NCBI GenBank assembly: GCA_964586075.1
Contig: CAZPGZ010000017.1
Coordinates: 755 to 64,754 of the forward strand
DNA length: 64,000 nucleotides
Reading direction: 5' to 3'
Source of the DNA: an uncultured Nitrospiraceae bacterium
GTDB lineage: Bacteria; Nitrospirota; UBA9217
A model generated the notes under the pieces. That model ran no database searches and was not told the DNA's origin. It saw nothing but the letters and a program-made list of their open reading frames with translations. How positions within the stretch are numbered: position 1 is the first letter of the stretch; every line of letters begins with the position of its first letter. Below are positions 40,065-50,291 of this stretch, piece after piece. The position numbers and the translations under genes were made by a program.

Positions 40065-40233
40065 GCGTCTCCACTGAAGTTGCCATGTGTTTCTTGTGCA
40101 CTCCAGTTGTAATAACCATAACAAACTTGACCAATTTTGTCAAGTATATTGTTCGCTGGTTTCTTCTTCCCTTCAGAACCAGGGCAAAAATATTTTGTTT
40201 GCGAACAGATATGATTATGCTATACTTCCGCAC

Positions 40234-41052
40234 ATGCAGCAAACCACTCCGCATAATCCCATCACCAGCAAAGAAAACAGTATTGTTAAGTACTTGCGCT
40301 CACTTTCCGACCCGAAAGTACGAAAACAAAAGCGCGCTTTTTTAATCGAAGGCTTCAAAATGGTTGAAGAGGCGTTGCGGGAGGATCTCGGAATTGCCAT
40401 GGTCGTCGCGACGCCGGATCTTGTCCGGCATCACGGGAAAGGTGTTCTGAAACTTGCAGAAGCGAAAGCAACAGAAATTTGCTGGATATCAGAACGTCTG
40501 CTGAGTACCATATCCGAAAGCAAAACGCCTCAGCCTGTTTTGGCCGTGGCAAATATCAAAGAGCATGCAGAAGAGGAATTGTTTGACCGCGCTTCAAAGC
40601 TCATTGTCATGCTGCACGAGCTTCAGGATCCCGGCAACCTCGGCACCATTGTCAGAACTGCGGAAGCGACAGGCGCGGCAGGGGTGGCTCTTACTTCCAG
40701 GACAGTTGACCCGTTCAACGCAAAATCTCTGCGGGCTTCGATGGGCAGCGCACTCCGCCTGCCGCTTGTGCATATCGGCAGCGGAGATGCTTTTATGCAA
40801 GAGTGCAGACAGAGGGGTTTTCAGACGGTTGCGACGGTATTAACAGGCGAAAAAACGCATTTTGACATTGATCTGACGAAGCCGACACTCGTAATTCTGG
40901 GCCAGGAGGGGGGAGGGTTGCCGCAGGAAATGACGGAAAACGTGGATTGGCTTGTTCGCATCCCCATGGCGGAAACTATTGAATCGCTGAATGTCGCCAC
41001 GGCAGCAGCCGTTATTCTTTATGAGGCAGTGAGACAGCGGTCTTTCAAATAA
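40234..41052 (+). CDS. TrmH/SpoU-family RNA 2'-O-methyltransferase (RlmB-like)
   Basis: SpoU substrate-binding N-domain and SPOUT motifs (LHELQDPGNLGTIVRTAEA...LVILGQEGGGL). Confidence 0.78.
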   Translation: MQQTTPHNPITSKENSIVKYLRSLSDPKVRKQKRAFLIEGFKMVEEALREDLGIAMVVATPDLVRHHGKGVLKLAEAKATEICWISERLLSTISESKTPQPVLAVANIKEHAEEELFDRASKLIVMLHELQDPGNLGTIVRTAEATGAAGVALTSRTVDPFNAKSLRASMGSALRLPLVHIGSGDAFMQECRQRGFQTVATVLTGEKTHFDIDLTKPTLVILGQEGGGLPQEMTENVDWLVRIPMAETIESLNVATAAAVILYEAVRQRSFK

Positions 41053-41165
41053 ATGATGTTGCGGGCTGCATAAAATAAGGAGAAGTTGCAGCAGTTTCTT
41101 TGCGGTTGGTCTCAGGAAAATTTGCAGAAATGTTGATGGAAGAATGCTGAGATGGCCTGGCAACT

Positions 41166-41241
41166 TGGTGGTCCCAACGGGAATCGAACCCGTGTCTCCG
41201 GCGTGAGAGGCCAGCGTCCTAGGCCGCTAGACGATGGGACC
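41166..41241 (-). tRNA. tRNA-Glu (anticodon CUC)
   Basis: Cloverleaf: GGTCCCA acceptor, anticodon loop CTCTCAC, TTCGATT T-loop, encoded CCA. Confidence 0.85.
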
Positions 41242-41302
41242 AGCTTGGAAAAGATTTTGGCTGAAAATTGTAAAATTTGCTCTTTTTACAATTGGTGGTT
41301 GT

Positions 41303-41376
41303 ATGGTTGGGGGAGGAGGATTCGAACCCCCGTAAACAGGTTCAGAGCCTGTCGTCCTACCACTGGACGATCCCCC
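41303..41376 (-). tRNA. tRNA-Gln (anticodon CUG)
   Basis: Cloverleaf with U1:A72, anticodon loop CTCTGAA, TTCGAAT T-loop, encoded CCA. Confidence 0.85.
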
Positions 41377-41395
41377 AGGGTGAATTCAGATTTAG

Positions 41396-41425
41396 CACTA
41401 TATACAAAACCAGATTGAGTGTCAA
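41396..41425 (-). promoter_or_regulatory. Consensus sigma70 promoter (TTGACA-17-TATAGT) for tRNA-Gln/tRNA-Glu operon
   Basis: Perfect -35 and near-perfect -10 ending about 20 nt upstream of the tRNA-Gln 5' end. Confidence 0.65.
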
Positions 41426-41621
41426 GGGCAAACAAAAGCATTTTTTAAGCGCGCGGAAATCGCAAAAACGCCCAGTATTTGAAACAGGAATAACGTTTTC
41501 CGAACTACACGGGATCAATTCCTGCGACAAGGAATCCCCTGGCTTCTGCCAGGGGAGGAATGCAGTAAGTCGCAGGAGGTCGCGTTTATCGAAGGAGCCC
41601 CCGGCTCGAGCCGGAAGGGGC

Positions 41622-42404
41622 TCAACTGAGGAAGTCCGCCAGTCTTCCAAATTCCTCCACGGTCAGGGTTTCGGCCCGTCGACTCAGATCAACGCCTGTT
41701 TTATCCAGAATTGCTTCCATCTTCTCTTGCGGAATATCAAGCTGCTTGAGGGCATTTCGAAGGGTTTTTCTGCGCTGGGAAAACGCTGCCTTGACTACCC
41801 GGAAAAAAAAGGCCTCATCCCGCAGCGAAACAGCCGGGCGGCTGCGGATCACAAGAGTGATGACCGCTGAATCCACTTTTGGTTTTGGTGAAAAGGCTTC
41901 CGGCGGCACGCTGAATTCAATTCTGGGTTCTGCATATAACTGGACCAAAATGGATAGATAGCCGTAATCCTTTCCTCCCGGCGATGCGGAAATTCGCCGG
42001 GCGACTTCCTTTTGCAGCATAAGCGTGAGACTGAGAAATTTTTTGCGATGGGCAAGGAGTTTCTGGATAATAGGTGTTGATATGTAATAGGGAAGATTGG
42101 CAACGACCTTCCATTGGCCTGTCAAACCGGCATACGGATACTCAAGCGCATCTGCCTGGACTATTTCAACCTGTTTTTGCCCGGAGAATTGCCGGCGCAA
42201 AACAGGTAAGAGCCGTTCATCCAGTTCAATTGCAAGAACCTTCTTTGCCTTCTCCGCAAGTACAGCGGTTAAATGGCCCAGTCCCGGCCCGATTTCGAGA
42301 ACCAGATTCTCGGAACCTAGCTGTGCTGCGGTTGCTATTTTTTGATGGTAGTAAGGATCCTGAAGAAAGTTCTGGCCCAGAGATTTTTTTGCGCGGATAT
42401 TCAT
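41622..42404 (-). CDS. rsmA: 16S rRNA (adenine1518/1519-N6)-dimethyltransferase
   Basis: KSLGQNFL...LEIGPGLG motifs of KsgA. Confidence 0.9.
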   Translation of the reverse strand: MNIRAKKSLGQNFLQDPYYHQKIATAAQLGSENLVLEIGPGLGHLTAVLAEKAKKVLAIELDERLLPVLRRQFSGQKQVEIVQADALEYPYAGLTGQWKVVANLPYYISTPIIQKLLAHRKKFLSLTLMLQKEVARRISASPGGKDYGYLSILVQLYAEPRIEFSVPPEAFSPKPKVDSAVITLVIRSRPAVSLRDEAFFFRVVKAAFSQRRKTLRNALKQLDIPQEKMEAILDKTGVDLSRRAETLTVEEFGRLADFLS

Positions 42405-42465
42405 ACTTGCCTGCTCGGGTTGTTAACGATAATCCTGCATGGCTGCAGTGCTGTTTCCCGCATTT

Positions 42466-43362
42466 TTATATACGCATCCTTGGATCAAGTCTGTCTCTCA
42501 GAAAATCGCCGATGATGTTGAAGCTGATTACCGTGATACAGATGGCGATGCCGGGAAAAATCACCATCCAGGGGGCAGAGTTGATATAGTCGCGGTTCAG
42601 GCTGATCATGGAGCCCCAGGTCGGCGTGGGAGGCTGGACGCCGAGACCGAGAAATGAAAGTGATGCTTCCAGCAGAATAAATCCACCGACACGTAGACTG
42701 CCTGCCACGAGCAGCAAGGGAATCGCGTTCGGCAGAATATGCTTGTATAAAATCCTTGTCGGTGTGGCCCCTATCGCTTTTGATGCATCCACGTAAGTTT
42801 GTTCCTTCAGTGTAAGCGTGATGCCACGCACCAGCCGCGCGAAGCCGGCCCAGCCGACAAGCGTGATTGCAAGCATGGCAGAGGTGAGGCCAGGCGGCGT
42901 CATGACGGCACTGATGCCGATGGCAAGAAGAAGGCTGGGAAATGCGAGAAAAATATCGAAAATCTGGGAGAGGATGATGTCCGTCTTGCCGCCGAAGTAT
43001 CCTGCGATCAGTCCGAAAAAAATGCCGATGCACAAGGACAGCGCAGACGAAGCAATCCCTACTGCCAGAGAAATGCGCGCGCCGGAAACAATCCGGGAAA
43101 GGATATCTCTTCCCTTGCTGTCCGTCCCGAGGTAGTGCGTTGTATCCGGTGGCTGCTTGATCTTATTGAGGTCCATGGCAAGCGGGTCAAAGGAAACCAA
43201 AGAGGGACCGACGAGCGCTGTCAGTACAAGCAGAACAAGCAAAACAGCCGCAATAATCGCAGGAATGTTTGCCGCAGCTTTTTTGTGCGTAGAAGAATGG
43301 AGCATGGCCTTCATTGTGCAAAAAACTTCATTTTGTTTTTTGTCCCTCGGAACGTGCGTCAA
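42466..43362 (-). CDS. ABC transporter permease (DppC/OppC family)
   Basis: Six TM segments, binding-protein-dependent permease EAA-like region, DppC-like N-terminus. Confidence 0.8.
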   Translation of the reverse strand: MTHVPRDKKQNEVFCTMKAMLHSSTHKKAAANIPAIIAAVLLVLLVLTALVGPSLVSFDPLAMDLNKIKQPPDTTHYLGTDSKGRDILSRIVSGARISLAVGIASSALSLCIGIFFGLIAGYFGGKTDIILSQIFDIFLAFPSLLLAIGISAVMTPPGLTSAMLAITLVGWAGFARLVRGITLTLKEQTYVDASKAIGATPTRILYKHILPNAIPLLLVAGSLRVGGFILLEASLSFLGLGVQPPTPTWGSMISLNRDYINSAPWMVIFPGIAICITVISFNIIGDFLRDRLDPRMRI

Positions 43363-44300
43363 GCATTTCGTGCCTGCTTTTCGCGCACCCGCGGATCCAG
43401 AAACTGATACGAAATATCTACCAGCAGATTTATGGTCACAAAGACCAGGGATCCAAAAAGAACGACGCCCATGATCACCGGATAATCCCGCTTCAGAATG
43501 CCGTCAAGCGCGTACCTGCCGAGGCCGTCCCATCCGAAAATAGTTTCTGTCAGCACCGCACCGTTCAGATATGAGCCAAGGTCCAGGCCGATCAGGGTTA
43601 CGATCGGGATGAGGGAATTTTTAAGCGCGTGTTTGAGCACCACCTGTGTTTCGGAAAGGCCCTTGGCGCGGGCGGCGGCTACATACGGCTGAGAAAGTGA
43701 TTCCAGCATGGAAGAGCGTGTTACGCGCGCGATATAAGAAAGCGAAAATGTTCCAAGCGTTGCAGCAGGGAGAATGATATGAAGAAAACTGCCGTTGCCC
43801 ATGCCCGACGGTGGAAGCCACTGGAGATAGAAGGCGAAAATAAGCATCAGGGCGAGGCCGAGCCAAAAAACTGGTATTGAAATACCACCCACGGAAACGA
43901 GCAGTATCAGCCGGTCCCAGACAGTGCCTTGTTTGACTGCCGCAATTACGCCCATGCCGATCCCGAATACCGAAGCGAACAGCATGGCTGCGGCAGCGAG
44001 TTTCAGCGTGTTCGGAAATTTTTGCATCAAGTCGTCGTTGATTTTGCGGTTGGTATAGTATGAACGTCCGAGTTCACCGCCGGCAATGAGTTTCAAGTAA
44101 CCCAGATATTGGGCGGCCAGCGGTTTGTCGCTGCCGAGTTCCGCGCGGATCCTCGCCAGCGTTTCTGGATTTGCCCGTTCACCGGCCATACCCTGGACAG
44201 GATCGCCCGGCAGAGACTGCATAAGGATAAAAGTAATGAGCGTTATGCCGATAAGCGTGGGGATAAAAAGAAATATCCGATTCAGAATGTAGCGTGGCAT
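43359..44300 (-). CDS. ABC transporter permease (DppB/OppB family)
   Basis: MPRYILNRIFLFIPTLIGITLITFIL N-terminus typical of DppB; ATGA-type overlap with downstream permease. Confidence 0.82.
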   Translation of the reverse strand: MPRYILNRIFLFIPTLIGITLITFILMQSLPGDPVQGMAGERANPETLARIRAELGSDKPLAAQYLGYLKLIAGGELGRSYYTNRKINDDLMQKFPNTLKLAAAAMLFASVFGIGMGVIAAVKQGTVWDRLILLVSVGGISIPVFWLGLALMLIFAFYLQWLPPSGMGNGSFLHIILPAATLGTFSLSYIARVTRSSMLESLSQPYVAAARAKGLSETQVVLKHALKNSLIPIVTLIGLDLGSYLNGAVLTETIFGWDGLGRYALDGILKRDYPVIMGVVLFGSLVFVTINLLVDISYQFLDPRVREKQARNA

Positions 44301-44478
44301 GGATAAGCTGATCTTACACAAAAAGACTAGAAACCGCAATTGGAAAGTGTTGAGGGGTGCTCTTCGGTTGCAAAATTATTAAGCGCTTGCTTTCGAAAAA
44401 TGTTTATGGAATAATTCAATCATCTTTTCTGAGCAGGCTGTTTCACTATTTTTACGACACGCTCTCCACGGAGGCACT

Positions 44479-45954
44479 ATGGCAAAAAAAACGGAAGCAC
44501 TTCTTATCGCAAAAGCAAAAGAGAGCATCGCAATTCTTCCGAGCATGGCCAACCGACATGGCCTGATTGCCGGTGCCACCGGGACCGGCAAAACCGTAAC
44601 GCTTCGCGTCATGGCGGAACAGTTCAGCAGGATCGGCGTGCCGGTTTTTCTCGCCGATGTAAAAGGCGACCTCACCGGCATTGCAAAAGCAGGCGGCGAC
44701 AAACCGGACTTTGCCTCACGCGCAAAACAGCTGGGGATCGACGGTTTTGCTTTTGAAAATTGTCCGACCACCTTCTGGGACCTGTTCGGGCTGCAGGGAC
44801 ACCCGGTTCGCACTACGATCTCAGAAATGGGACCGCTTCTGCTTTCCCGTGTTTTAAACCTGAATGAAATTCAGAGCGGAGTGCTCTCCATTATTTTCAA
44901 AGTCGCCGATGATAACGGTTTGCTCCTTTTGGACCTTAAGGACCTTCGCGCCATGACTCAATTTGTGGGCGACAACGCGGACAAATTCAAAACCCAGTAC
45001 GGCAATATTTCTACGGCGAGCATCGGGGCCATCCAGCGCGGTCTGCTCGGAATTGAGGAGCAGGGCGGTGAGGCATTTTTCGGAGAGCCCGCCCTGAATC
45101 TTGCAGACCTCATGCAAACCGATGCGGCAGGCAGGGGGATGGTCAACATTCTTGCCGCGGAAAAGCTTCTGCAGTCGCCAAAACTGTATGCCACCTTCCT
45201 TCTTTGGATGCTGGCGGAGCTTTTCGAGACCCTTCCTGAGGTCGGTGATCCTGACAAACCAAAACTTGTGTTCTTCTTTGATGAAGCACATCTGCTGTTC
45301 GATGACGCACCGAAAGCCCTAGAAGATAAAATAGAACAGGTGGTGAGGCTTATTCGTTCCAAAGGCGTAGGAGTATATTTTATAACGCAGAATCCGCTCG
45401 ATGTGCCCGAAACGGTTCTGGGCCAGCTGGGAAACCGGGTCCAGCATGCTCTTCGCGCTTTTACGCCAAAGGATCAGAAGGCAGTCAAGGCCGCAGCCGA
45501 CACCTTCCGCCCCAATCCGAATCTGGATGTGGCAAAAGTCATCACGGAACTCGGTGTCGGCGAAGCGCTTATTTCCGTGCTTGATGCTAAAGGTTCTCCC
45601 ACTGTCGTGGAACGGGCATTTGTCTGCCCGCCGCGAAGCCGGCTTGCGCCTCTGACATCTGAAGAGCGGATGGAAATTATCAAAGCGTCCGATTTGTTCG
45701 GACATTATGAAAAAACGATTGACCGTGAGTCTGCGTACGAAAAACTGAAACAGCGCACCGCGGAGGCCGAGGAAGAGCAGGGTCAGGAGCCGGGCGCGCC
45801 GACGCGGCGGGGAAAAGCTGCAGAACCGCAATCAGAAGCCGCCAAAATTGTCGGTGCCATGGCAAAGAGTGCCGCGCATGCTATCGGAAGTCAAATAGGA
45901 CGCCAAATTATCCGGGGAGTGCTTGGATCGATCCTGGGTGGAGGAAGGCGCTAA
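44479..45954 (+). CDS. HerA-like helicase/NTPase, DUF853 family (YjgR-like)
   Basis: Walker [13 protein letters not shown]-like [12 protein letters not shown]853 length and glycine-rich C-terminus. Confidence 0.7.
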   Translation: MAKKTEALLIAKAKESIAILPSMANRHGLIAGATGTGKTVTLRVMAEQFSRIGVPVFLADVKGDLTGIAKAGGDKPDFASRAKQLGIDGFAFENCPTTFWDLFGLQGHPVRTTISEMGPLLLSRVLNLNEIQSGVLSIIFKVADDNGLLLLDLKDLRAMTQFVGDNADKFKTQYGNISTASIGAIQRGLLGIEEQGGEAFFGEPALNLADLMQTDAAGRGMVNILAAEKLLQSPKLYATFLLWMLAELFETLPEVGDPDKPKLVFFFDEAHLLFDDAPKALEDKIEQVVRLIRSKGVGVYFITQNPLDVPETVLGQLGNRVQHALRAFTPKDQKAVKAAADTFRPNPNLDVAKVITELGVGEALISVLDAKGSPTVVERAFVCPPRSRLAPLTSEERMEIIKASDLFGHYEKTIDRESAYEKLKQRTAEAEEEQGQEPGAPTRRGKAAEPQSEAAKIVGAMAKSAAHAIGSQIGRQIIRGVLGSILGGGRR

Positions 45955-46049
45955 AAAAAGAGTGGAATGGCTTGTCAAAAGTTTTCTGCTTCGCATGAAG
46001 CAGGTTGTTCTGGAACGATGTTGAAAAAAATGGCAGGCACAAGGTGTTG

Positions 46050-46739
46050 CTACTTTCTTCCTTTTGATTTCGGCACGTAATATTGCGTGCCCTGTTTCAT
46101 GCTCAATATCTGCTTGAGCAAATCATCAAGATCTTCCCGCCGGTGAACAAAATCGATATCTGAAGTGTTGATGACAAGAAGAGGGGTGTCGCTGTAGCGA
46201 AAAAAGAACTGGTTGTAAGCCTCATTTACGGCGGCGATGTAGTCCTGGTTGACCTGTTTTTCGAATGATCTGGCGCGCTGCCTGATGCGCCGGAGAAGAG
46301 TGTCCGTATCTGCCTGCAGAAAAATGACAAGATCAGGCCGAACGATGTTGGGCTCGAGTATTTTGTAGAACTGCTCGTACAGCGCGAGCTCATTGTCGCT
46401 GAGGTTAAGATAGGCAAAGATGCGGTCTTTGTCGAACAGATAATCGCTGATGGTGATCTGCGTGAACAAATCAGGCTGGTTCATCTCTTGCTGCTGGGTG
46501 AATCTGTTCAGGAGAAAGAACATCTGGGTTTGAAAACGAAAGCGTTCCGGTTCACGATAGAAATCAGGAAGAAAGGGATTTTCTTCCGCCCGTTCGAGAA
46601 TCAAGCGGGCTCCAAGCTCCTCCGCAAGCAGGCCGGTAAGGCTTGTTTTTCCCACACCGATCGGCCCTTCGGTTACGATATACTTTGCTTGGGAAACAGC
46701 ATCAGGTCTTCTGGTCATGGTTTTTTCCCGCAGTTGCAA
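46050..46739 (-). CDS. Deoxynucleoside kinase family protein
   Basis: P-loop TEGPIGVGKTS, dNK family ERS and R-rich lid motifs. Confidence 0.75.
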   Translation of the reverse strand: MQLREKTMTRRPDAVSQAKYIVTEGPIGVGKTSLTGLLAEELGARLILERAEENPFLPDFYREPERFRFQTQMFFLLNRFTQQQEMNQPDLFTQITISDYLFDKDRIFAYLNLSDNELALYEQFYKILEPNIVRPDLVIFLQADTDTLLRRIRQRARSFEKQVNQDYIAAVNEAYNQFFFRYSDTPLLVINTSDIDFVHRREDLDDLLKQILSMKQGTQYYVPKSKGRK

Positions 46740-47212
46740 GCTGCAACGCGATGAGGATCTTCCAGTTCTTCGAGCAGGCGTGACGCCGTTTTTTGCAGAA
46801 CCGGATGCACTACCTGCGGTGCGATTTCACACAAAGGGACAAGTACGAACCTGCGGGATGCCAGTAACGGATGCGGTATCGCAAGATCGGAGGTCTCCAT
46901 CACTGCATCTCCGTACAGCAGAATATCAAGGTCGATTGTCCGCGGGCCCCAGCGGAGTGTTCTGCTGCGTCCGAGCTTGTTTTCAATGTTACGGCAGGCT
47001 TCAAGCAGCTGGCTGGCCGAAAGATCCGTGTGCAATTCCGCGACTGCGTTGATGAAATCCTCCTGGTTACGAAAGCCTACCGGCTCGGTGCCGTAAAAAG
47101 AAGAAGTTTTTTTTACGCACCCTGTTTCACGCAAGAGTTCAAGGGCTCGGAGACAATTGCCTGCTTTATCTCCCATATTTGAGCCTAAACCGATATACGC
47201 TATTGTCGGCAT
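46715..47212 (-). CDS. folK: 2-amino-4-hydroxy-6-hydroxymethyldihydropteridine pyrophosphokinase
   Basis: AYIGLGSN...TIDLDILLYGD HPPK motifs; start trimmed. Confidence 0.85.
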   Translation of the reverse strand: MPTIAYIGLGSNMGDKAGNCLRALELLRETGCVKKTSSFYGTEPVGFRNQEDFINAVAELHTDLSASQLLEACRNIENKLGRSRTLRWGPRTIDLDILLYGDAVMETSDLAIPHPLLASRRFVLVPLCEIAPQVVHPVLQKTASRLLEELEDPHRVAACNCGKKP

Positions 47213-47275
47213 GAAAAATCCGTTCAGCGCCCTCCGCATGTGACGCGTTACCTCTTCAGGAACGCCGCTTCTGTT

Positions 47276-48526
47276 TTAAAACTCAAATTGAAGGCCGCTC
47301 ATCCGTTTCCCGAATTCATCAAGCACGCGCTGTTCATCTTTTCTGCCGTTGGACACAAATGTAGCGGAGAAGCGGATATACGATCCGGCATCATCCCACG
47401 GTACGGTGCTGATGAGTTTTTCCGAAATAAGAAACTCAGAAAATTCCTCCGCGTTGGAAAACCGTCTGCCGTTTTTGATGCCCTTCGGCATTTTGACATA
47501 CAGATAGAAAGTGCCCGCAGGCATCTTTGCGTTAAAACCCATTGCTGCGAGAACGGAAACCATGGCTTGCAGTCTGCGCTCGTATTTTGCGGTGATTTCT
47601 GAGGTTATCTCAGGATGGTCCAGAGCGTGCACGCCCGCCATCTGGATTGCCTTGAACTGCCCGGAGTCGTAATTGTCCTTGACGTTTCCATAACCAGCCA
47701 TGATCCGTTCATTTCCCGCCACAAAACCCAGACGCCAGCCGGTCATATTATACGCCTTCGACAAGGAGTGAATTTCAACCCCCACGTCTTTTGCGCCGGC
47801 TACGGAAAGAAAGGAAAGCGGTTTTGATCCATAGGTCAGCGCGGCATAGGCAGCGTCGTGCACAACAACAATGTTGTTTGCTTTTGCAAAAGCTACCACG
47901 GTCTCAAAAAAAGCCCTGGTTGCGCCGGCACCGGTTGGATTGTTCGGATAGTTAATATAAAGGAGCTTCGCGCGTTTCTTTACGTCATCGGAGAGCTTTT
48001 CGAAGTCAGGAAGAAATCCGTTTTGTTCCAAAAGAGGCAGATTAACCACTTCTCCGCCGTACCAGCGGGTATGTGTTCCCATAATGGGGTATCCGGGAAC
48101 CGTCATCAGCGTGACATCACCGGGATTAACGAATACTGCCGGAAACATTGCAAGTGCCGGTTTGCTTCCGATGCAATGCAGTACTTCGGTTTCCGGGTTG
48201 AGTCCGTTAACGCCATAGACGTTTTGAAGATAGCGCGCGGCCGCATCCTTGAACTCTTGGATACCGTTGTCTGCGTAGCCCCGGTTCTGGGGTCTTTCTG
48301 TTTCCTGCTGAAGGGCTTTGACTACATCGGGAAACGCCATCTCATCAGGTTCTCCCACGCCAAAATCGATCAGTTCCACGCCAGGATGCGCTGCAAGTGC
48401 GGCTCGCTTGGCGCGTTTGATTTTTTCAAACTTGTAGATTTTCTGCTCTTTGCCGAACAGCGCGCCTCCGAGGCGATCCGCGAATAGCGTTTGAATATAT
48501 GTTTCTTTTTCTGTTGTTTCTGACAC
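47276..48526 (-). CDS. dapL: Class-I aminotransferase, probable LL-diaminopimelate aminotransferase (DapL)
   Basis: PLP fold-type I (SLSKAYNMTGWRLG lysine motif), about 415 aa; located in a dapB/dapA/dapF/lysA cluster that lacks dapD/dapE. Confidence 0.55.
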   Translation of the reverse strand: MSETTEKETYIQTLFADRLGGALFGKEQKIYKFEKIKRAKRAALAAHPGVELIDFGVGEPDEMAFPDVVKALQQETERPQNRGYADNGIQEFKDAAARYLQNVYGVNGLNPETEVLHCIGSKPALAMFPAVFVNPGDVTLMTVPGYPIMGTHTRWYGGEVVNLPLLEQNGFLPDFEKLSDDVKKRAKLLYINYPNNPTGAGATRAFFETVVAFAKANNIVVVHDAAYAALTYGSKPLSFLSVAGAKDVGVEIHSLSKAYNMTGWRLGFVAGNERIMAGYGNVKDNYDSGQFKAIQMAGVHALDHPEITSEITAKYERRLQAMVSVLAAMGFNAKMPAGTFYLYVKMPKGIKNGRRFSNAEEFSEFLISEKLISTVPWDDAGSYIRFSATFVSNGRKDEQRVLDEFGKRMSGLQFEF

Positions 48527-48569
48527 GAATAAAACCTCCTCATGAATTCTCTGAATTCCTAAAAAAATA

Positions 48570-49301
48570 TTATTTGCTTGTATTAATCCAGTCTAGCAGT
48601 TTTTCTTCAGGAAGATATCCCGGAAGCACAAGGCCGTCCTGCCGTACCAAGAGCGGTGTTCCGGTAAAGTCATAGGATTTCGCCAGGGCCGTGGTCCGTT
48701 CGACCGCATCTGCAGGACAGGACGGTTCAGGCACCGGCTTGCCGCTGAACGCGTCATCGAGCATGGGAATTGACTTTGAGCACAGTATAGCCTGGGCCTT
48801 CTTGTATGCATCCTTGTGCATCGGCAGTGGATTCAGGATCAGATAGAACGCAATGTCTGTGTGTTTTTCGACAATACGCTTCATTACCGGATGCAGTTCA
48901 CGGCAGTACGGACAATCCGGATCCGTGAAAACGATGACCTTTTTCTTTGCCGTTGGGGTCCCTAACACCATAGCGTCGGAAAGCGGAATTTTAGAGAAAG
49001 CCACTTTTTTCGGTACGGGGCTGAGGCCGCCGATCAGGTACTTTTTTGAAAAATCAAGAAGCACGATGCCGCGCTGCGCATCTTTCTGCACCTCGATCTG
49101 CCACGCCCCTTTGAGCGGCGAGGCCTTGACCTCAAGGACTTTTCCGTTTGGCACAACACGATCAACAATGTCCTGTGCCTCGGACTTTTTTAATTTATGG
49201 CATTTCAGGCAGTCTTGCCCTTCTTTCATCTTAAATGCCTGCGCCGAAACGGGAAGGATAAACAGTAAAAATCCAGTGACCAGACAAATAACCTTCTTCA
49301 T
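48570..49301 (-). CDS. Periplasmic thiol:disulfide interchange protein (DsbC/DsbG-like)
   Basis: Signal peptide, thioredoxin fold with DPDCPYC CxxC motif. Confidence 0.75.
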   Translation of the reverse strand: MKKVICLVTGFLLFILPVSAQAFKMKEGQDCLKCHKLKKSEAQDIVDRVVPNGKVLEVKASPLKGAWQIEVQKDAQRGIVLLDFSKKYLIGGLSPVPKKVAFSKIPLSDAMVLGTPTAKKKVIVFTDPDCPYCRELHPVMKRIVEKHTDIAFYLILNPLPMHKDAYKKAQAILCSKSIPMLDDAFSGKPVPEPSCPADAVERTTALAKSYDFTGTPLLVRQDGLVLPGYLPEEKLLDWINTSK

Positions 49302-49342
49302 GATGGAGAACTCCTTTATATGGGATTATACATCCTGCATTA

Positions 49343-50152
49343 CTATTTCAGGCCCAGCACATCCTGCATATCATATATGCCAGGTTTCTTATTTACGATC
49401 CATTTTGCCGCGCGAATAGCGCCTGCGGCAAACGTGTCCCTGTTGTGTGCCCGGTGCGTGATCTCAATTCGCTCGCCCGTACCCGCAAACATGACGGTGT
49501 GTTCCCCGACAATATCTCCAGCGCGCACCGTTTGAATGCCGATTTCCTGCTTGGAGCGTTCGCCGACCATGCCTCTGCGGGCATACACTGCGGTTTTGTC
49601 CAGGTCGCGGTTCACGGCTTGGGAGATAATCTGCGCCATTTTCATGGCGGTGCCCGAAGGAGCGTCTTTTTTCAGGTTGTGATGGGCTTCTATGATTTCC
49701 ATGTCATAGTCGTTGCCGATGGCCGCAGCAATTTCACCCAAAATTTTAAAACAAAGATTGACGCCGATGCTCATGTTGGGTGAAAGCATACAGGGGATCT
49801 TTTGTGCATGACGTTCAATTTCTGTGCGCTGTTCACGCGAAAAACCGGTGGTGCCCACCACGACCGGTCTGCCCAGCTCTGCGCAGGCTTTTATGCTGGC
49901 AAGACTGGGGCCGGGTTGGGTAAAATCAATGAGAACATCCCCGTCTTTAAGGGCAGCTGCAAGATCGTCCACGATGGGTGCAGGTTGTTTGCCGGCCGGG
50001 AGGCCCGCCAGAGGAAAAACATCCTGACCAATAAGCGGATGGCCGCTCCGTTCTATTGCAGCAGAAAGACGGATGCCTTCATCCGTCGAAAGAAGGTTGA
50101 TGATGCGCAGACCCATTCTGCCAGCCGCTCCCGTTACGACGACGTTAATCAT
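49343..50152 (-). CDS. dapB: 4-hydroxy-tetrahydrodipicolinate reductase
   Basis: MINVVVTGAAGRMG Rossmann start, DapB C-domain; start trimmed. Confidence 0.88.
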   Translation of the reverse strand: MINVVVTGAAGRMGLRIINLLSTDEGIRLSAAIERSGHPLIGQDVFPLAGLPAGKQPAPIVDDLAAALKDGDVLIDFTQPGPSLASIKACAELGRPVVVGTTGFSREQRTEIERHAQKIPCMLSPNMSIGVNLCFKILGEIAAAIGNDYDMEIIEAHHNLKKDAPSGTAMKMAQIISQAVNRDLDKTAVYARRGMVGERSKQEIGIQTVRAGDIVGEHTVMFAGTGERIEITHRAHNRDTFAAGAIRAAKWIVNKKPGIYDMQDVLGLK

Positions 50153-50291
50153 GAGGCACTCCTGGTTAGCCGCAGGGAAAATAACAGGCTCCATTGCTGG
50201 AACGGTTCGCGGGAGAGAGTAGTTGATTGCCAATCCATGCGGACATTTGGCCCTACCGTCGAATATTTTTCTCTGCGGAGTGTGGCGCTGC

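Noticed and set aside
41580-41615. CCGGCTCGAGCCGG palindrome downstream of ksgA as a possible terminator
   Set aside because: The GC-rich dyad is present but is not followed by a U-run on the minus strand. It might be a protein-binding or restriction-type palindrome, which cannot be supported from sequence alone.
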